In this document: piece by piece, positions 62,849 to 64,000 of the stretch
How the letters are laid out: each line of letters starts with the position of its first letter
Numbering within the stretch: position 1 is the first letter of the stretch
DNA from: Trichomonas gallinae
Taxonomy: Eukaryota
DNA: 64,000 nucleotides
Assembly (NCBI GenBank): GCA_008369845.1
Contig: MRSU01002006.1
Coordinates: 1 to 64,000, forward strand
Reading direction: 5' to 3'
Notes under the pieces: generated by a model
Told to the model about the DNA's origin: nothing
What the model saw: the letters and a program-made list of their open reading frames with translations, nothing else
The model's database searches: none
Position numbers and translations under genes: made by a program

Positions 62849-63312
62849 TACAGCAAATAAAAGAAAACGTAAGTATTTAAAATTTCCTGGAGCGATTAAA
62901 GAATTGAATACTTAATGAATTGTACGTTAGTAACATAAGAAAAATAAAATCTTAATTGCCATCAATTTCTAATTAACTTTATTAGATTATTTTGCAAAAT
63001 TATTGATTTGAAAGCCTTTTGAAAATTGATATTCTCAAATTTGAATCACAAAATTAGGCTTGTATTTACAATCGCATTTCCTATCGTTTGTCTAAATTAT
63101 TTCATTTAGATTTTCAATACTATTCAAATATTTCAGGTCGAATTATTTGATTAATCCCTGTTAGTTTCATGCATTAGACATTTTTATGATTTTTAACCCC
63201 CTTCATAAAATATTTTAAATATTCAACGTTTGAATTTAAATATTATCATCCATGAATCATAATTTCACTGATTTCATACTAAATTTTTTTTTTCTTTGTC
63301 AAAAAACAAAAA

Positions 63313-64000
63313 ATGAGTGATCAATTCGTTCCCCCTGGCTTTGTGTTTGTTAAAACCCTTACCAGTGGATTCCTTGGGCCCTCCTATCTCCTAAAGAAGG
63401 ATGATACGCAGGTTTCATACATCTGCAAAGGCTTTCTGAAATCAGCAATCGGTGACGAAGCTGATGTAGACAATTTCATCCAGATAATTCGAATGACTCG
63501 CAAGATTAAAGAAACGTGTTTCCTTCCTTACCATTATTACTATGACGAAAAGAATTATATCTATGCTGTAAGACCATTTTTCGAGGGACTAGACCTGACA
63601 GCGTATATTACAAATTGTGCGGACAATGTGAACGTCGTAATCGCGCAATGGAAAGTTCTTGTTCGTCTTTATCGTCACTTGCATAAAAGACGAATTTATC
63701 CAAATTTCATTAAACCGAGCAACATTTTTATGCAGAATGGAGGAATCGCGTTCATAACTGATATTTACCCACCGCCACGTCAATTTAACCCAACCTTGCA
63801 TCGATCGAATCCATTCGATGTTGGATTCTTAGCTCCAGAGTATCTCAGCCCTGATACGATACCGGATATAAAATCGGACATATGGTCACTTGGAATTTTG
63901 CTCTGGTTCATGATTACGAAAAAACTTCCTTGGAATTTGAACAACGTTGTTGTTATGCTCAAGCAGATTCAAGCGGCATCACCGATAAACCTAGGACTCT
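63313..64000 (+). CDS. Protein kinase-like (probable pseudokinase), truncated by the window end; absent from the ORF track
   Basis: Open frame from ATG 63313: MSDQFVPPGFVFVKTLTSGFLGPSYL..YICK..HLHKRRIYPNFIKPSNIF..ITDIY..FLAPEY..KSDIWSLGILLWFMITKKLPW. Confidence 0.9.
   Translation, partial: MSDQFVPPGFVFVKTLTSGFLGPSYLLKKDDTQVSYICKGFLKSAIGDEADVDNFIQIIRMTRKIKETCFLPYHYYYDEKNYIYAVRPFFEGLDLTAYITNCADNVNVVIAQWKVLVRLYRHLHKRRIYPNFIKPSNIFMQNGGIAFITDIYPPPRQFNPTLHRSNPFDVGFLAPEYLSPDTIPDIKSDIWSLGILLWFMITKKLPWNLNNVVVMLKQIQAASPINLGL

Noticed and set aside
607..63962. Many 60-170-aa ORFs antisense or out-of-frame within larger genes (e.g. 3488-5848, 54053-55162, 60371-60874, 63589-63962)
   Set aside because: Shadow ORFs of real coding sequence, mostly with non-ATG starts and no recognisable motifs.

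Overview
AT-rich, nearly intron-free eukaryotic DNA, most likely Trichomonas vaginalis or a close trichomonad. Evidence: TCAYTTT initiator elements and AAAGTGAC (M2) motifs just before ATGs, TAAA poly(A) signals overlapping stop codons, and a 26-nt intron with a fused branch site/3' splice site. The window holds about 27 protein-coding genes. Well-supported products are a LIM protein, CK1, APC1, a Rab, a CEP78-like LRR protein, TPR/ARM, UBL+Myb, a metallophosphoesterase, CCDC25, a giant HECT E3, LMW-PTP, a SHIPPO/ODF3 protein, glucosidase II alpha, Mob1, BBS2, a multi-EF-hand protein, an MFS sugar porter and an R2R3 Myb. There is also an ankyrin pseudogene and a pseudokinase truncated by the window edge that the ORF track missed. 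No tRNA, rRNA, transposase, Maverick or CRISPR was recognised. Best leads: (1) a recurring composite TGACA + YGTAAA intergenic motif, also amplified as a 30-31-bp tandem array; (2) an AT-hook + linker-histone-like winged-helix protein; (3) a secreted triple CX3C-Xn-CX3C (alpha-hairpinin-like) protein; (4) two GC-rich intergenic structured-RNA candidates, one with H/ACA geometry; (5) the hidden Mob1 micro-intron. All family calls come from motif recognition by eye; no database search was run.
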